Counted from the first letter of the stretch, positions 1 through 10,219 are shown. The stretch: 64,000 bases of DNA from Candidatus Calescibacterium sp. (GCA_032249135.1 JAVVGL010000003.1:32001-96000); one strand, 5' to 3'. The notes: a model not told the origin generated them from the letters alone. Numbers and translations: made by a program.

Positions 1-672
1 AATTTGGCACTGGGCTTGAGCAATCTTGGGAAAAAGGTGTGTCTTGTGGATGCAGATTTCGCATTAGCTAATGCTGACCTTCTATTCAGAATAATTCCTA
101 AAAAGCATATAGGACACTATCTTGAAGGGAATGCTCCTTTAAAAGAAATAATTCAGAAAATAAATGAAAATCTGGTTTTTATACCCGGAACAAGCGGAAT
201 AACAAAGCTAAATCTTCTTACTGATAGCCAAATAAAAAAAATAAAAAACATAGTAGATGAAATAGATTCCACATTCTTTATCTTTGATGCTCCCGCCGGA
301 ATAGGAAAAAATGTAATAAAGCTTTCGCTGATTTCTAACTCGTTAGTTTTAATCATAAATCCAGACCCAGTATCAATAACTGATTCATATGCACTTTTGA
401 AAATAGTCACCAAAGAAGGTTTTAAAGGAAAGACTTTTATTATTGTGAATATGGTAACAAATCAGCGAGAAAAAGAAATCGCCTTCCTCACAATAAAGAA
501 AGTGGCAGAAAGGTATCTTGGAGTATCTCCCGAACTCCTTGGGTATATACCGTGGGACGAGAAAGTAAGAGAATCATTCAGAATTCAAAAACCCGCAATT
601 TTAGCATTTCCAAAATCAAAATCATCGGAAGCGATTTTAGAAATATCAAAGAATATTGCGAGCATGTTGTAA
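1..672 (+). CDS. flhG: MinD/FlhG(FleN)-family ATPase, 5'-partial
   Basis: LVDADFALAN, DAPAGIG and PDPVSITDSYALLK motifs; Walker A lies upstream of the window. Confidence 0.8.
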   Translation, partial: NLALGLSNLGKKVCLVDADFALANADLLFRIIPKKHIGHYLEGNAPLKEIIQKINENLVFIPGTSGITKLNLLTDSQIKKIKNIVDEIDSTFFIFDAPAGIGKNVIKLSLISNSLVLIINPDPVSITDSYALLKIVTKEGFKGKTFIIVNMVTNQREKEIAFLTIKKVAERYLGVSPELLGYIPWDEKVRESFRIQKPAILAFPKSKSSEAILEISKNIASML

Positions 673-799
673 TGAATGGAAACGAATTTTTCTAAACAAA
701 GAAAAAACATCAAAAAAATATGAAAACAAAAAAATAATATCAAAAAACACAAAAGATTTTTTCAAACTAAATTTTAAGTGAAAAAGGAGGTAAAACAAA

Positions 800-1093
800 A
801 TGGCAAAGTATGTTATACTATCAAAAATAACATCAGAAGGTCTTGAAACACTAAAAGAAAATCCAGAGAGAATAAAAGAGGTAAATGAGGAGATAGCAAA
901 AAAATTCGGAGTAAAAGTATTGAGCCAATTTTTAGTTATGGGACCTTATGACTTTGTGAATATAGTTGAAGCCCCATCAAATGAAGCCGTTGTAAAGATG
1001 GCAATAGAGCTTGGCTCACGAGGAACAATTCAAACCCTAACTATGCCCGCAATAGAAATAGAAAAACTAATTGAAGAACTAAAAAAGAAATAA
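800..1093 (+). CDS. GYD-domain protein
   Basis: 97 aa, MGPYDFV motif, AGGAGG RBS upstream. Confidence 0.8.
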   Translation: MAKYVILSKITSEGLETLKENPERIKEVNEEIAKKFGVKVLSQFLVMGPYDFVNIVEAPSNEAVVKMAIELGSRGTIQTLTMPAIEIEKLIEELKKK

Positions 1094-1122
1094 CAATAAA
1101 ATAAGTGCTATTAAGAAGAAAG

Positions 1123-1818
1123 TTATTCACTATTATCTATTTTCAACTTATCAATAACAGTCTGAAAATTCTTTTGAGTATCTCCCTTGAACAAAAATGC
1201 TCCAAAAACCAAAATGTTCGCCCCCGCTGAAATCACTTTCTCAACATTTTCCTCATTTAATCCCCCGTCAACTCCTATCAGAAAATTAAAACCATTCTCC
1301 CTCCTTATTATATCAAGCTCGGAAATTTTTTTCAAAGAAGAAGATATGAATTCTTGCCCATAAAAGCCCGGATTTACGCTCATAACAAGAACTACATCTA
1401 AAATGTCAAAGAGTTCTTTTAGAAAAATGATGGGAGTCCCAGGATTTAAGGCCACTCCCACCTTTGCTCCTGACTTTTTTATCGTCTCAATAACTCTGTG
1501 AGGATGTCTTGTTGCTTCTATATGAAAAGTGATAAGATTACCTCCAGCCTTTACAAAATCTAATACATATCTTTCAGGTTCAACTATCATAAGATGAACA
1601 TCAAAAAAAACATTATCAAATTTTTTTCTCAAAGATTCCACGACTGGAATCCCAAAAGATATATTTGGTACAAAAACACCATCCATCACATCAAAATGAA
1701 TCATATCTGCTCCCAGTTCAAGAACTTTTCTCACCTCATCACCAAGACAAGAAAAATCAGCAGCAAGAATGCTCGGAGATATGAAAATAGACTTACCTTT
1801 TTTACTTGTCTTGCTCAT
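1123..1818 (-). CDS. rpe: ribulose-phosphate 3-epimerase
   Basis: SPSILAADF, HFDVMDG, DVHLM, MSVNPGF, VDGG. Confidence 0.96.
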   Translation of the reverse strand: MSKTSKKGKSIFISPSILAADFSCLGDEVRKVLELGADMIHFDVMDGVFVPNISFGIPVVESLRKKFDNVFFDVHLMIVEPERYVLDFVKAGGNLITFHIEATRHPHRVIETIKKSGAKVGVALNPGTPIIFLKELFDILDVVLVMSVNPGFYGQEFISSSLKKISELDIIRRENGFNFLIGVDGGLNEENVEKVISAGANILVFGAFLFKGDTQKNFQTVIDKLKIDNSE

Positions 1819-1861
1819 TTGTTTTATTTTTTGTTCTCCTCATTTTGTTCTCACTTCTTCA

Positions 1862-2248
1862 TCACTCAATACTTTCACCTAATTCTTCTTTACTCTCTTC
1901 CCCTTCTTCTTCCTCTTTCTTTCCTGACAATCCAATTTCCTCGCTCAAGGATTCAACTGCTTCTTCTATATCTATATCTGAATCAAGCTCCGATGAATAT
2001 TCTTTCAGAGTTTTTTGCATCCATTTTTTTATACTCTCTGGATTATTTATATCTACCGATCTCATAGCTTCATCAACTGTACTTTCCATTCTTTCTTCGT
2101 CTGACCTCAAACGAGCAAATCTTGAAATTATTCTTTTAAGTTTTTCCCCACCACACTTTTTACATTTCAAAACTTCGTTTTCCCAAGGAAAAACTAAAAA
2201 AGAATTTTTAACTCCACAACTTTCGCATATGTATTCATATATCGGCAT
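1862..2248 (-). CDS. FmdB-family zinc-ribbon protein with acidic tail
   Basis: MPIYEYxCxxCG...CxxCG. Confidence 0.85.
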   Translation of the reverse strand: MPIYEYICESCGVKNSFLVFPWENEVLKCKKCGGEKLKRIISRFARLRSDEERMESTVDEAMRSVDINNPESIKKWMQKTLKEYSSELDSDIDIEEAVESLSEEIGLSGKKEEEEGEESKEELGESIE

Positions 2249-2353
2249 AGCTTATGACCTCCTTTCTATAAAAAATATAAAATAAAAATAAATAAAATTC
2301 TAAACTATTTGTCCAATCTAAACCATTTTTTGCACAGGTTCATTTTTTGCGAT

Positions 2354-3811
2354 TTACTTTTCAGGTTTTAATGTTGGGAAAAGTATAACTTCTTTTATCG
2401 TTGTAGCACCTGTTATCAACATAACTAATCTATCAATACCTATACCCTCTCCTGCAGTCGGAGGCATGCCATATTCCAGAGCCTTTACAAAATCCCAATC
2501 CATATCTTCAAGTAGCTCCCTCATTCTCCTTATTTTTATCTGTTCCTCAAATCTTTTTCTTTGATCTTCTGGGTCAGAAAGTTCAGAAAAAGCATTTGCA
2601 ACCTCCATTCCAAAAACATAAAGTTCAAACCTTTCGGTAAAATCCGGATCGTCTTCTTTTCTTTTTGCAAGAGGTGAAGTTGAAGTAGGGAAATCTAACA
2701 CAAATGTAGGGGTTTCCAATTTATCTGCTATAAAAGTTTCAAAATATTCCAAAATTATGTTTCCCCAGTCCATATCATTCTCAATTTTCATTTTGTCTTT
2801 CAGAGCATTCTTCAGAAAACTTTCATCTTTTATTTTATCCGCTGGAATCCCTGAATGTTTTATGAATTCATCTTTTATACTCACCCGCGGAAAAGGAACA
2901 GAAAACTCTATCTCTTTCTCTCCTCTCTTTACTACAAGTTTTCCGTTAATAAGCTCGCAAACCTGTGAGAAAAGCTCTTCCGTAAGTCTCATAAGATCGT
3001 TGTAATCTGCATAAGCTTGATATAGTTCAAGCATAGAAAACTCAGGATTATGGTAAGATGACACACCCTCATTTCTGAAATTTTTCCCAATCTCAAAAAC
3101 CTTGTCAAATCCCCCTATTATCAATCTTTTAAGATAAAGCTCTGGCGCTATTCTAAGGAAAAATTCTGCTTCAAGTTCATTATGGTAAGTTTTAAACGGA
3201 CGAGCAACAGCACCTGATGGAACAGGTTGCAAAACAGGAGTTTCAACCTCAACAAATCCTCTATCAATAAGAAAATTTCGTATGAAGTTTATTATCTTGT
3301 GTCTTTTTATAAAAATTTCTTTTACATCAGGATTCATTATAAGGTCAAGGTATCTTGCTCTGAACCGCGTTTCAATATCTTTTAATCCGTGCCATTTTTC
3401 AGGGAGGGGATGTAAAGATTTAGCAAGTATTTTCAAAGAAGTGGTATAAACTGTTATTTCGCCTTTCTTTGTTCTAAAAACTGTTCCTTCAATTCCAACT
3501 ATATCTCCTGAATCAACAAAATCTTTAAAAAAACGCAAGAGATCCTCACTGTATTTTTTCTCTATGAAAGCTTGAATACTGCCAGTATGATCTAAAATAT
3601 GAAAAAAAACTGAACCACCGAAATCTCTTATTGTTAAAACTCTACCTGAAATAGAAACCTGAGTTTCCACATGTTCCCCTGCTTTCAGATTTTGAAAATC
3701 CTCCTTTATTTTCGCAGCTGTATGTTTTGGTCTGAATTTCTGTTTATATGGATCCAATCCATTCCTGATAAGCTCTTTCAATTTCTGTAATCTTATCTCA
3801 TACTCAGTCAT
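2354..3811 (-). CDS. lysS: lysyl-tRNA synthetase (class II)
   Basis: LRIAPELYLKRL, FRNEG, HNPEF, YGMPPTAGEGIGIDRL; start placed at MTEYE. Confidence 0.97.
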   Translation of the reverse strand: MTEYEIRLQKLKELIRNGLDPYKQKFRPKHTAAKIKEDFQNLKAGEHVETQVSISGRVLTIRDFGGSVFFHILDHTGSIQAFIEKKYSEDLLRFFKDFVDSGDIVGIEGTVFRTKKGEITVYTTSLKILAKSLHPLPEKWHGLKDIETRFRARYLDLIMNPDVKEIFIKRHKIINFIRNFLIDRGFVEVETPVLQPVPSGAVARPFKTYHNELEAEFFLRIAPELYLKRLIIGGFDKVFEIGKNFRNEGVSSYHNPEFSMLELYQAYADYNDLMRLTEELFSQVCELINGKLVVKRGEKEIEFSVPFPRVSIKDEFIKHSGIPADKIKDESFLKNALKDKMKIENDMDWGNIILEYFETFIADKLETPTFVLDFPTSTSPLAKRKEDDPDFTERFELYVFGMEVANAFSELSDPEDQRKRFEEQIKIRRMRELLEDMDWDFVKALEYGMPPTAGEGIGIDRLVMLITGATTIKEVILFPTLKPEK

Positions 3812-3876
3812 ATTTTTATAATAAAAAGAAAAAGTAATTTTAGTGAGAAGAAAAAATAATTTTACCTGAGTCAATT

Positions 3877-4902
3877 TCAGAGAAAGCTTTTTTTGAAAGC
3901 AACAAAATTTTCTCCGAAAAGCATCCTTATATCTGATATTCCGAACTTTATCATAGCCAACCTTTCAACTCCCATACCAAAAGCAAACCCTTGAACACCC
4001 TCATATCCTACACTTTTAAAAACTTCCGGATGTACCATTCCACATCCAGCAACTTCAAGAAATCCGCTCCCCTTACAAACCTTACAATCTTTGCTATTCC
4101 CTCCACAAATACATGAAACATCAACCTCAGCAGACGGTTCTGTGAAAGGAAAATATGAAGGTCTAAATCTCACACGAATGCCTTCACCAAAGAATTTTTT
4201 GAAGAAAAATTCAAGGACACCGAAAAGGTCCGACATTCTAACTTTTCGGTCAACAAATAATCCCTCAACTTGATGAAATACAGGAGAATGCGTCGCATCC
4301 CAATCTCTTCTGAAAACCCTTCCCGGCGCAATTATTTTTATAGGTAAAATACCTTTTCTTTTGAGCATAGCTCTTATTTGAACAGGAGATGTATGAGTTC
4401 TCAAAAGCCGCCCGTCTTCAAGGTAAAATGTATCTTGCATATCTCTTGCCGGATGATCAGGTGGAATATTCAGAGCGGTAAAGTTGAACCAATCTTCCTC
4501 TATCTCAGGACCATCTTCAATTTCAAATCCCATTTTTTCAAATATTTGGGTTATCTCCCGCAAAGCTATTGTAACTGGATGCAAATTTGCAGAAAAATTT
4601 TTTCTCCCGGGAAGAGTTATATCTTCAGAAAATTCTACTTGCTTCCTCTCCAAACTACTTTTCAGAGTCTCTAATCTTCTCTCAATATATTCTTTGAACT
4701 CATTAAGAATTCTTCCGGCTGTTTTTCGCTCCTCAGATTGAAGTTGAGGTATAATCTTGAATAAATCCTGCAAAATCCCTTTCTTCCCGATATACTTTGA
4801 TTTTATACGAAAAATATCCCCTTCATCTTTTACACCAGCTATCTCCGAATCAAATTCTTCCTTTAATTTTTTGATCTGCTCCTCCAAAGACAAAATATCC
4901 AT
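3877..4902 (-). CDS. pheS: phenylalanyl-tRNA synthetase alpha subunit
   Basis: HPARDMQDTFY, RTHTSPVQ, FPFTEPS, GFAFGMGVERLAM. Confidence 0.97.
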   Translation of the reverse strand: MDILSLEEQIKKLKEEFDSEIAGVKDEGDIFRIKSKYIGKKGILQDLFKIIPQLQSEERKTAGRILNEFKEYIERRLETLKSSLERKQVEFSEDITLPGRKNFSANLHPVTIALREITQIFEKMGFEIEDGPEIEEDWFNFTALNIPPDHPARDMQDTFYLEDGRLLRTHTSPVQIRAMLKRKGILPIKIIAPGRVFRRDWDATHSPVFHQVEGLFVDRKVRMSDLFGVLEFFFKKFFGEGIRVRFRPSYFPFTEPSAEVDVSCICGGNSKDCKVCKGSGFLEVAGCGMVHPEVFKSVGYEGVQGFAFGMGVERLAMIKFGISDIRMLFGENFVAFKKSFL

Positions 4903-4937
4903 AGTAGTACTACTATTAACTATTATTTTATTTATTT

Positions 4938-5564
4938 CTATTTTGATGTAAGTGGAGAAAGTTTTATTTTTACGCTTACAGCTCCCCTGAAATCACCCGG
5001 ATTGTATCCAAAAGCTTTGTCTTCTGGATACTTTTCTTTGAGAAACTTTCTCACATCTTCCGGGATAGAATTCAAATCACCGTGACACGAAAGACACATA
5101 GGTTGAACCAATATAGGTTTAAAATATCTCAAATATTTCCCATCTTTTTCTTCTACAATTTCATAATATTCATCCTGTAATTTACCTTCTTTACTTAATT
5201 TTTCAAGTTTTTTCAAGAAAGAAAGCTCATATTTATCTGGTTTATTCTTTTCATTTCTATATTTTTCACTTATTCTCCTTATGTAAAAGCCATATTTTTG
5301 TTGCTTTTCTTTGATTATATTTTGAGAAAGTTCAGAACATACAGAAACAGCAGATAAGACATCACCTTTTTCAAGTTCTTTCAACAAAGCATCTCTCATA
5401 GTTTCAATCAAGTCCTTTGATGATTTTCTCGCTATATCTAAATACTGAGCAATCAAATTATTTTCCTCCTCTTTTCCCTCCTGACCGAAAATATTTTCTG
5501 CTCCCACCCCTAAAACAAAGAAAATTACGAAGACCAACCCAATTGATAACCCAAAACTTCTCAT
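4938..5564 (-). CDS. exported c-type haem protein, DUF3365/Tll0287-like
   Basis: Signal peptide, RN..N.PD, CLSCH, YPED.A.GY..GD.RGA. Confidence 0.8.
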   Translation of the reverse strand: MRSFGLSIGLVFVIFFVLGVGAENIFGQEGKEEENNLIAQYLDIARKSSKDLIETMRDALLKELEKGDVLSAVSVCSELSQNIIKEKQQKYGFYIRRISEKYRNEKNKPDKYELSFLKKLEKLSKEGKLQDEYYEIVEEKDGKYLRYFKPILVQPMCLSCHGDLNSIPEDVRKFLKEKYPEDKAFGYNPGDFRGAVSVKIKLSPLTSK

Positions 5565-5635
5565 TTAGATTATATTAACTTTTCACAGAAAGCTTTTAAA
5601 TTATTCAAAAGAATTCAAAAGGTAAGAAAGATTCT

Positions 5636-6658
5636 ATGAACAAAATTGTAATATCTGTATCTGGTGGTCTTGGAGATACAATTGAACTTTTACCGATTTT
5701 TTCAAAATTTCAAGGCTACATAGTTATCTCTGACCTATACAAAGAATTATTTTCTTTATACAATTTCAAGATAATATGGTGGGAGGAGAAAAAAAGCGAG
5801 ATTGAAAACATAATCAGAATAACGAAAAAAATTTACGAGATAAAGCCTGAAATAGTATATGGAACATATCCGAACGGCAGAAGAATAAATCTTTTGCTTG
5901 CGCTGTCTCCCGGAAAAAAAATCTTCTGCGACGATGGAAATTACAATTTAAAAAGATTAGTAAGCATAGCGAAACTCTCACAAGGAGCTTACCCCATAAA
6001 AATTCCGTTTGAAGAAAAATTAACCTACAGAGAAAGAAATTCAATTATACTCGGAATAACACCTAAATATCCTTTTGAATTTGCTGAAATTGAAGAGTAT
6101 AAAAAAGAAGCCGAAGAATTTGCAAAATCAAAATATGCTCTGATTCATCCTGGGGTAAAGTATAAAACAAAGGCTTGGGACATAACCAAATTTATAAAAA
6201 TATCAAAGAAAATCCTTCAAGAAGGAATAAATGTAATTTTTGCGCTCGGAAAAGAAGATAAAGAAGAATTTTCCATCATAAATGACAATTTTAGAAAAGA
6301 AGAAAAGCAAGATAAAGTGAGAATACTTTTTGGGGAAAGCATAAACAAAGTAATATCTTATGGAAAGCGAGCTTTTTTTTCTTTGTGCAACGATTCAGCA
6401 GTTGCTCACATAACCGGAATAGCCGGAGTGAAAACATTTGTAATTTACGGATACACAAGATATTATCATACAGCTCCACCGAATTCAGAAATAATAAGAC
6501 TTGACCTACCCTGCTCCCCTTGCTATAACTTTGCCAAAGGAGAACTTGCAGTAAAAAAAGAATGCAAAATAAACATAGCGTGTCTTAGAGAAATTAGTGA
6601 AAATATGGTATGGGAAAGAATCAAAAATTTTCTTTATAAAAATCACAGATTTTTTTGA
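5636..6658 (+). CDS. glycosyltransferase family 9 (heptosyltransferase-like)
   Basis: GGLGD, IHPG...K.W, NDSAVAH, C-terminal CSPC..C..C. Confidence 0.85.
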   Translation: MNKIVISVSGGLGDTIELLPIFSKFQGYIVISDLYKELFSLYNFKIIWWEEKKSEIENIIRITKKIYEIKPEIVYGTYPNGRRINLLLALSPGKKIFCDDGNYNLKRLVSIAKLSQGAYPIKIPFEEKLTYRERNSIILGITPKYPFEFAEIEEYKKEAEEFAKSKYALIHPGVKYKTKAWDITKFIKISKKILQEGINVIFALGKEDKEEFSIINDNFRKEEKQDKVRILFGESINKVISYGKRAFFSLCNDSAVAHITGIAGVKTFVIYGYTRYYHTAPPNSEIIRLDLPCSPCYNFAKGELAVKKECKINIACLREISENMVWERIKNFLYKNHRFF

Positions 6659-7334
6659 AAAAGCATATATTGCATCGTGGTCTTAAAGCTTTACAGATAT
6701 TTCTGCCGTGATTTATAAGGAAAATATGAGATAAAATTTTGTTTTTGAAATGAGGTGAAACTAATTTGTAAATTTTCTCACGGGAACCAGTTGCTATACC
6801 GAGACGGGTCATTATTCTTGATATGTGAGTATCTACCGGGAAAGTATCAAATCCGCATCCGAAAGCTAAAATGACCTCTGCACTTTTTGGACCTATACCA
6901 TCTATTGAAGTCAAAAACTCAAAAGCCTTTTCTTTTCCGAGTTTGCACAAATCAGAAGGATCTTGAAATCTTTCTTTTATCTTTTGTAAAGCATTTTTTA
7001 TGCGCTTTGTTTTTACCGTAGGCAAACCACAAATCCGAATCAAATTTTCTATTTCATAATCCTCAACCTCAAGAAGCTCAAACATGTTTTCGTATTTTCT
7101 TTTCAAATTCTCAAAAGCTATATCTCTGAGCTTATCCGATGTGTTCTGAGATAGTATTGTTTTTACAACAACATCTAAAATTTCCCCTCTTTTTCTTTGA
7201 GCAAACTCATAAATTCCGTAAAAATCCTTATGTTTCAGAATTATTTTTTCAAGAGCTTCTATCTTCTTCTTTATATTCTTTTCCATCTGTTCTTTTAGAG
7301 ACATCTTATTTATTATTTTCTTCCGTTTAATCAT
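6621..7334 (-). CDS. endonuclease III-like HhH-GPD glycosylase with 4Fe-4S motif
   Basis: ILSQNT, GIGPKSA, FPVDTH, C-x6-C-x2-C-x5-C. Confidence 0.88.
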   Translation of the reverse strand: MIKRKKIINKMSLKEQMEKNIKKKIEALEKIILKHKDFYGIYEFAQRKRGEILDVVVKTILSQNTSDKLRDIAFENLKRKYENMFELLEVEDYEIENLIRICGLPTVKTKRIKNALQKIKERFQDPSDLCKLGKEKAFEFLTSIDGIGPKSAEVILAFGCGFDTFPVDTHISRIMTRLGIATGSREKIYKLVSPHFKNKILSHIFLINHGRNICKALRPRCNICFFKKICDFYKENF

Positions 7335-7370
7335 CAGCGTTTAGATTTCACCACTCAAATAATATTGCCA

Positions 7371-7408
7371 TTAATATTTCTATCCACCTTTAATATTTCT
7401 ATCCAACT
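7371..7408. repeat. 19-bp tandem repeat x2
   Basis: TTAATATTTCTATCCACCT / TTAATATTTCTATCCAACT. Confidence 0.85.
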
Positions 7409-7503
7409 TCAAAAAACAAGCAAAAATATAAAAAATTCGGGAAAATTAAAAACTTTTGTAAGTTTCATCTTCGGCTAAAGTTTTAGGTAAATAAAGCTGA
7501 AAA

Positions 7504-8427
7504 ATGAAGAAAATAGAAAAACAAAAAAGAGAAAAGAGAAAGAAATACAAAAAGGAGTTAAAAAGATTTGACCTGATTTTAAAAGAAATTTTCTCAAAAG
7601 CAGTTGGTATAATTTTTTGGTTAGCAACAGGACAGAAAATAGAGGGGAAAGCAAAGGTATTACCGGCTGAAATAAGATTTGTTAAATCTTTTTACCCTGA
7701 TATCCTACTTGAAATCGGTGGAAAAATATTCCACATAGAAATCCAGGTTCAGCAAGACAAAACTTTACCCGAAAGAATGCTTGACTATTTTTATGCTATA
7801 AGAAAAAAATATGGGAAAACACCAACACAAATAGTTTTATTCGTAGGCAAAGGAAATCCTCCGCCAAGCAAATTTGAACTAAAAGGTGAGTTTGGAACAC
7901 AAAACTTATCTTTCAATTTCGTAGTGTTAGATATGAAAAAAATAGACCCGGATGTTTTCATAAAAAGTGAAAAACCAGAAGAGATTATCGTTGGAATTTT
8001 AGCTGGCAAATTCAAAGATAAACCCAAGATAATAAGAAAGGTCAAAGAAAGAATTGTAGAAATTGTGAAAGATGAAGAAGAAATTGCTAAATATATAGAT
8101 AGTGTAAGCTTTTTAGCAGGTTTATTTGATATCAAAATAGAGGTAAAACCCATGCCAATTGAGGTTGACATAAAGAAAACTTTCCTTTATAAATGGGGTG
8201 AGAAAGAAGGGAAACAAGAAGGATTAAAGGAGGGGTTAAAGAAAGCGATTTTGTTGGATATTGAAGAAAAATTCGGTATTTCAAAGGCAAAGCAAATCAA
8301 AAAACTTTTAGATAAGATAAATGAAATAAATAGATTAGAAGAGATAAAGAGAAAAGTGATAAGAGCAGAAACCTGGAAAGATTTTGTCAGCTCTATCAAG
8401 AACTCAAATTCAAAAAATAAAATTTAG
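7504..8427 (+). CDS. Rpn/YhgA-like PD-(D/E)XK nuclease, copy 1
   Basis: FDLILKEIF, PDILL, HIEIQ, ERM..Y and C-terminal (K/Q)EG repeats; paralog at 50891-51784. Confidence 0.8.
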   Translation: MKKIEKQKREKRKKYKKELKRFDLILKEIFSKAVGIIFWLATGQKIEGKAKVLPAEIRFVKSFYPDILLEIGGKIFHIEIQVQQDKTLPERMLDYFYAIRKKYGKTPTQIVLFVGKGNPPPSKFELKGEFGTQNLSFNFVVLDMKKIDPDVFIKSEKPEEIIVGILAGKFKDKPKIIRKVKERIVEIVKDEEEIAKYIDSVSFLAGLFDIKIEVKPMPIEVDIKKTFLYKWGEKEGKQEGLKEGLKKAILLDIEEKFGISKAKQIKKLLDKINEINRLEEIKRKVIRAETWKDFVSSIKNSNSKNKI

Positions 8428-8451
8428 AGGTTTATTTGATATCAAAATAGA
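8118..8451. repeat. 24-bp direct repeat (8118-8141 and 8428-8451)
   Basis: AGGTTTATTTGATATCAAAATAGA occurs inside rpn and directly after its stop; contains palindrome TTTGATATCAAA. Confidence 0.9.
8152..8427 (+). CDS. putative in-frame intragenic small protein (RpnS-like, 91 aa)
   Basis: GAGGT at 8140-8144 and in-frame ATG at 8152 (MPIEVDIKK); same arrangement in the paralog. Confidence 0.55.
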   Translation: MPIEVDIKKTFLYKWGEKEGKQEGLKEGLKKAILLDIEEKFGISKAKQIKKLLDKINEINRLEEIKRKVIRAETWKDFVSSIKNSNSKNKI

Positions 8452-8574
8452 TAATTTTGTCAGAACATTTAGAAACCATAAGTAAAAAAAACATAAAACA
8501 GGAATCTTTTCTCAAAAACAAATATTTTTTGAAAACTATTTTCACTTAGAAAAAAGTGAATAAGTTCTAATGAA

Positions 8575-9207
8575 GTGGCAAAGGAAAAACTCTTTTATGA
8601 AGCCGATAACCCAGGGCTTCAACCAGAGGAGGTTGAATTTTATGAAAGAAGTTTTCAGGCAGAAGGAGAACCTCATATTATTGACCCGATAAAGAGAGCA
8701 TATATAGCAACTATCATATTTATAGCTTCTGAGATAATGTATTTTGGAGCACTCATCAGCGCATTTTTGAGAATAAAAAGAACTCTGATTGAATGGCCAC
8801 CAGAAGGATTACCAGCGTATCCTGTTGCACAAACTTTATTTAACACTCTATTCCTTTTAGCAAGTGGCATCTTTAACTTAATATTTGATAAGAGAAGAAA
8901 AGAAATATTCTTTTTGCTGACTTGGATTTTTGGAGCAACATTTGTCATACTTCAAGGTGTTGAGTGGATAAGACTTATAAAGTTTGGTCTTACCATGACA
9001 ACTCATGCATATGGCTCAATATTTTATCTTATAGTTGGTTCTCACGCAGTCCATGTTCTCATAGGTCTGATATGGCTTTTGGTCGCACTCATAATATCTC
9101 AGAAGAAAGGTAAAATAAGAACGCCTTCTTTGGAAAGTGCATCTTTATTCTGGAAGTTCGTAGTTCTAATATGGCCAATTTTATATGTGTTAGTGTATAT
9201 TTTGTGA
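8575..9207 (+). CDS. haem-copper oxidase subunit III (isolated paralog)
   Basis: FIASEIMYF, NT..LLASG, Q..EW, GSHAVHV, FWKFVVLIW. Confidence 0.85.
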   Translation: MAKEKLFYEADNPGLQPEEVEFYERSFQAEGEPHIIDPIKRAYIATIIFIASEIMYFGALISAFLRIKRTLIEWPPEGLPAYPVAQTLFNTLFLLASGIFNLIFDKRRKEIFFLLTWIFGATFVILQGVEWIRLIKFGLTMTTHAYGSIFYLIVGSHAVHVLIGLIWLLVALIISQKKGKIRTPSLESASLFWKFVVLIWPILYVLVYIL

Positions 9208-9223
9208 GGATAGATTAAGAAAG

Positions 9224-9901
9224 TTAAATTTCATATTTTTCAGAGTCCTCCGGATGCAAAGCTTTATCTTTTTGAATTTTTTTCATAAGATATGATTCAA
9301 GTTCTGATGCAAAAAATTCCATCCTACCTATAACTTTTTTTATCTTGTTCTGAAAGAAATTATAGGCTATAACAGCCGGAATAGCGGCAAAAAGCCCCAT
9401 AGCTGTTGTAAAAAGAGCTTCTGAAATTCCCGGAGCAACGACTTCAAGACCAGCTTTACCCATTTTTCCTATCTGATGGAAAGAATGCATTATCCCCCAC
9501 ACAGTTCCAAAAAGCCCAATAAATGGAGCCGACGAACCTATTATGGCATAAATAAACTGAAATCTTGAAACCCTTTCAGCAGCAATTTTTATTTCTTGAT
9601 TTATCATTCTCTGAATTTCATCTTTTGTGATGTCTTTTTTCCTCGTAAAAGTAGCAATAATTTCTTGAACAATTTGAGCTATTGGAGAAGGGTAGAATTC
9701 ATCATATTTGTGATAAGAAAAAAGGTCATTTATTCCTCCACTCCAAAAAAAATCAATAAATTCAGCGTCCTTTTCGTCTACATTTTTGAACATTATAATG
9801 TTGTAGATTATCAAAGCCCAAACCAAAATAGAAGACGAAAATAAAATGAAAATCACAATCTTTACAGGCAATGTTGCCTTCAATATAGCATCATAAAGCA
9901 T
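9224..9901 (-). CDS. tolQ: TolQ/MotA/ExbB proton-channel protein
   Basis: APFIGLFGTVWGIM, VAPGISEAL.TT..GLFAAIPAV. Confidence 0.85.
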   Translation of the reverse strand: MLYDAILKATLPVKIVIFILFSSSILVWALIIYNIIMFKNVDEKDAEFIDFFWSGGINDLFSYHKYDEFYPSPIAQIVQEIIATFTRKKDITKDEIQRMINQEIKIAAERVSRFQFIYAIIGSSAPFIGLFGTVWGIMHSFHQIGKMGKAGLEVVAPGISEALFTTAMGLFAAIPAVIAYNFFQNKIKKVIGRMEFFASELESYLMKKIQKDKALHPEDSEKYEI

Positions 9902-10219
9902 TAAAGAAAATTTTAAAATTTCTGACTTAAAGTTGAAGCACAAGCTGATAAAAATCCAAGGAAAATTTTTTCATAAAAAGGAAAATTTTTTGTAAAATGA
10001 AAAATATAAAATCAAGTTTTTTTATTCTTTGTATCAAAAGATAATGGTTGAAAGTTTGGCTTTTTTCAATTCTTTTGGTCGTACAAACAAAATCAAACGG
10101 GGGAAATTTCCCGAAAATCTCAAATATAGAAAAAGACAGGGAAAATTTCAGATAAAAACTCAAAACAATCAAAAAATCTTTTTCTTTATAAAAATAAACA
10201 GTGGGGAGGGAGGTGGAAA

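Noticed and set aside
6621-7334. Second endonuclease III paralog as a novelty
   Set aside because: Multiple HhH-GPD glycosylases are common, especially in thermophiles
9224-9901. TolQ homolog as gliding motor AglR
   Set aside because: VAPGISEAL..T..GLFAAIPAV matches canonical TolQ; nothing specific supports AglR
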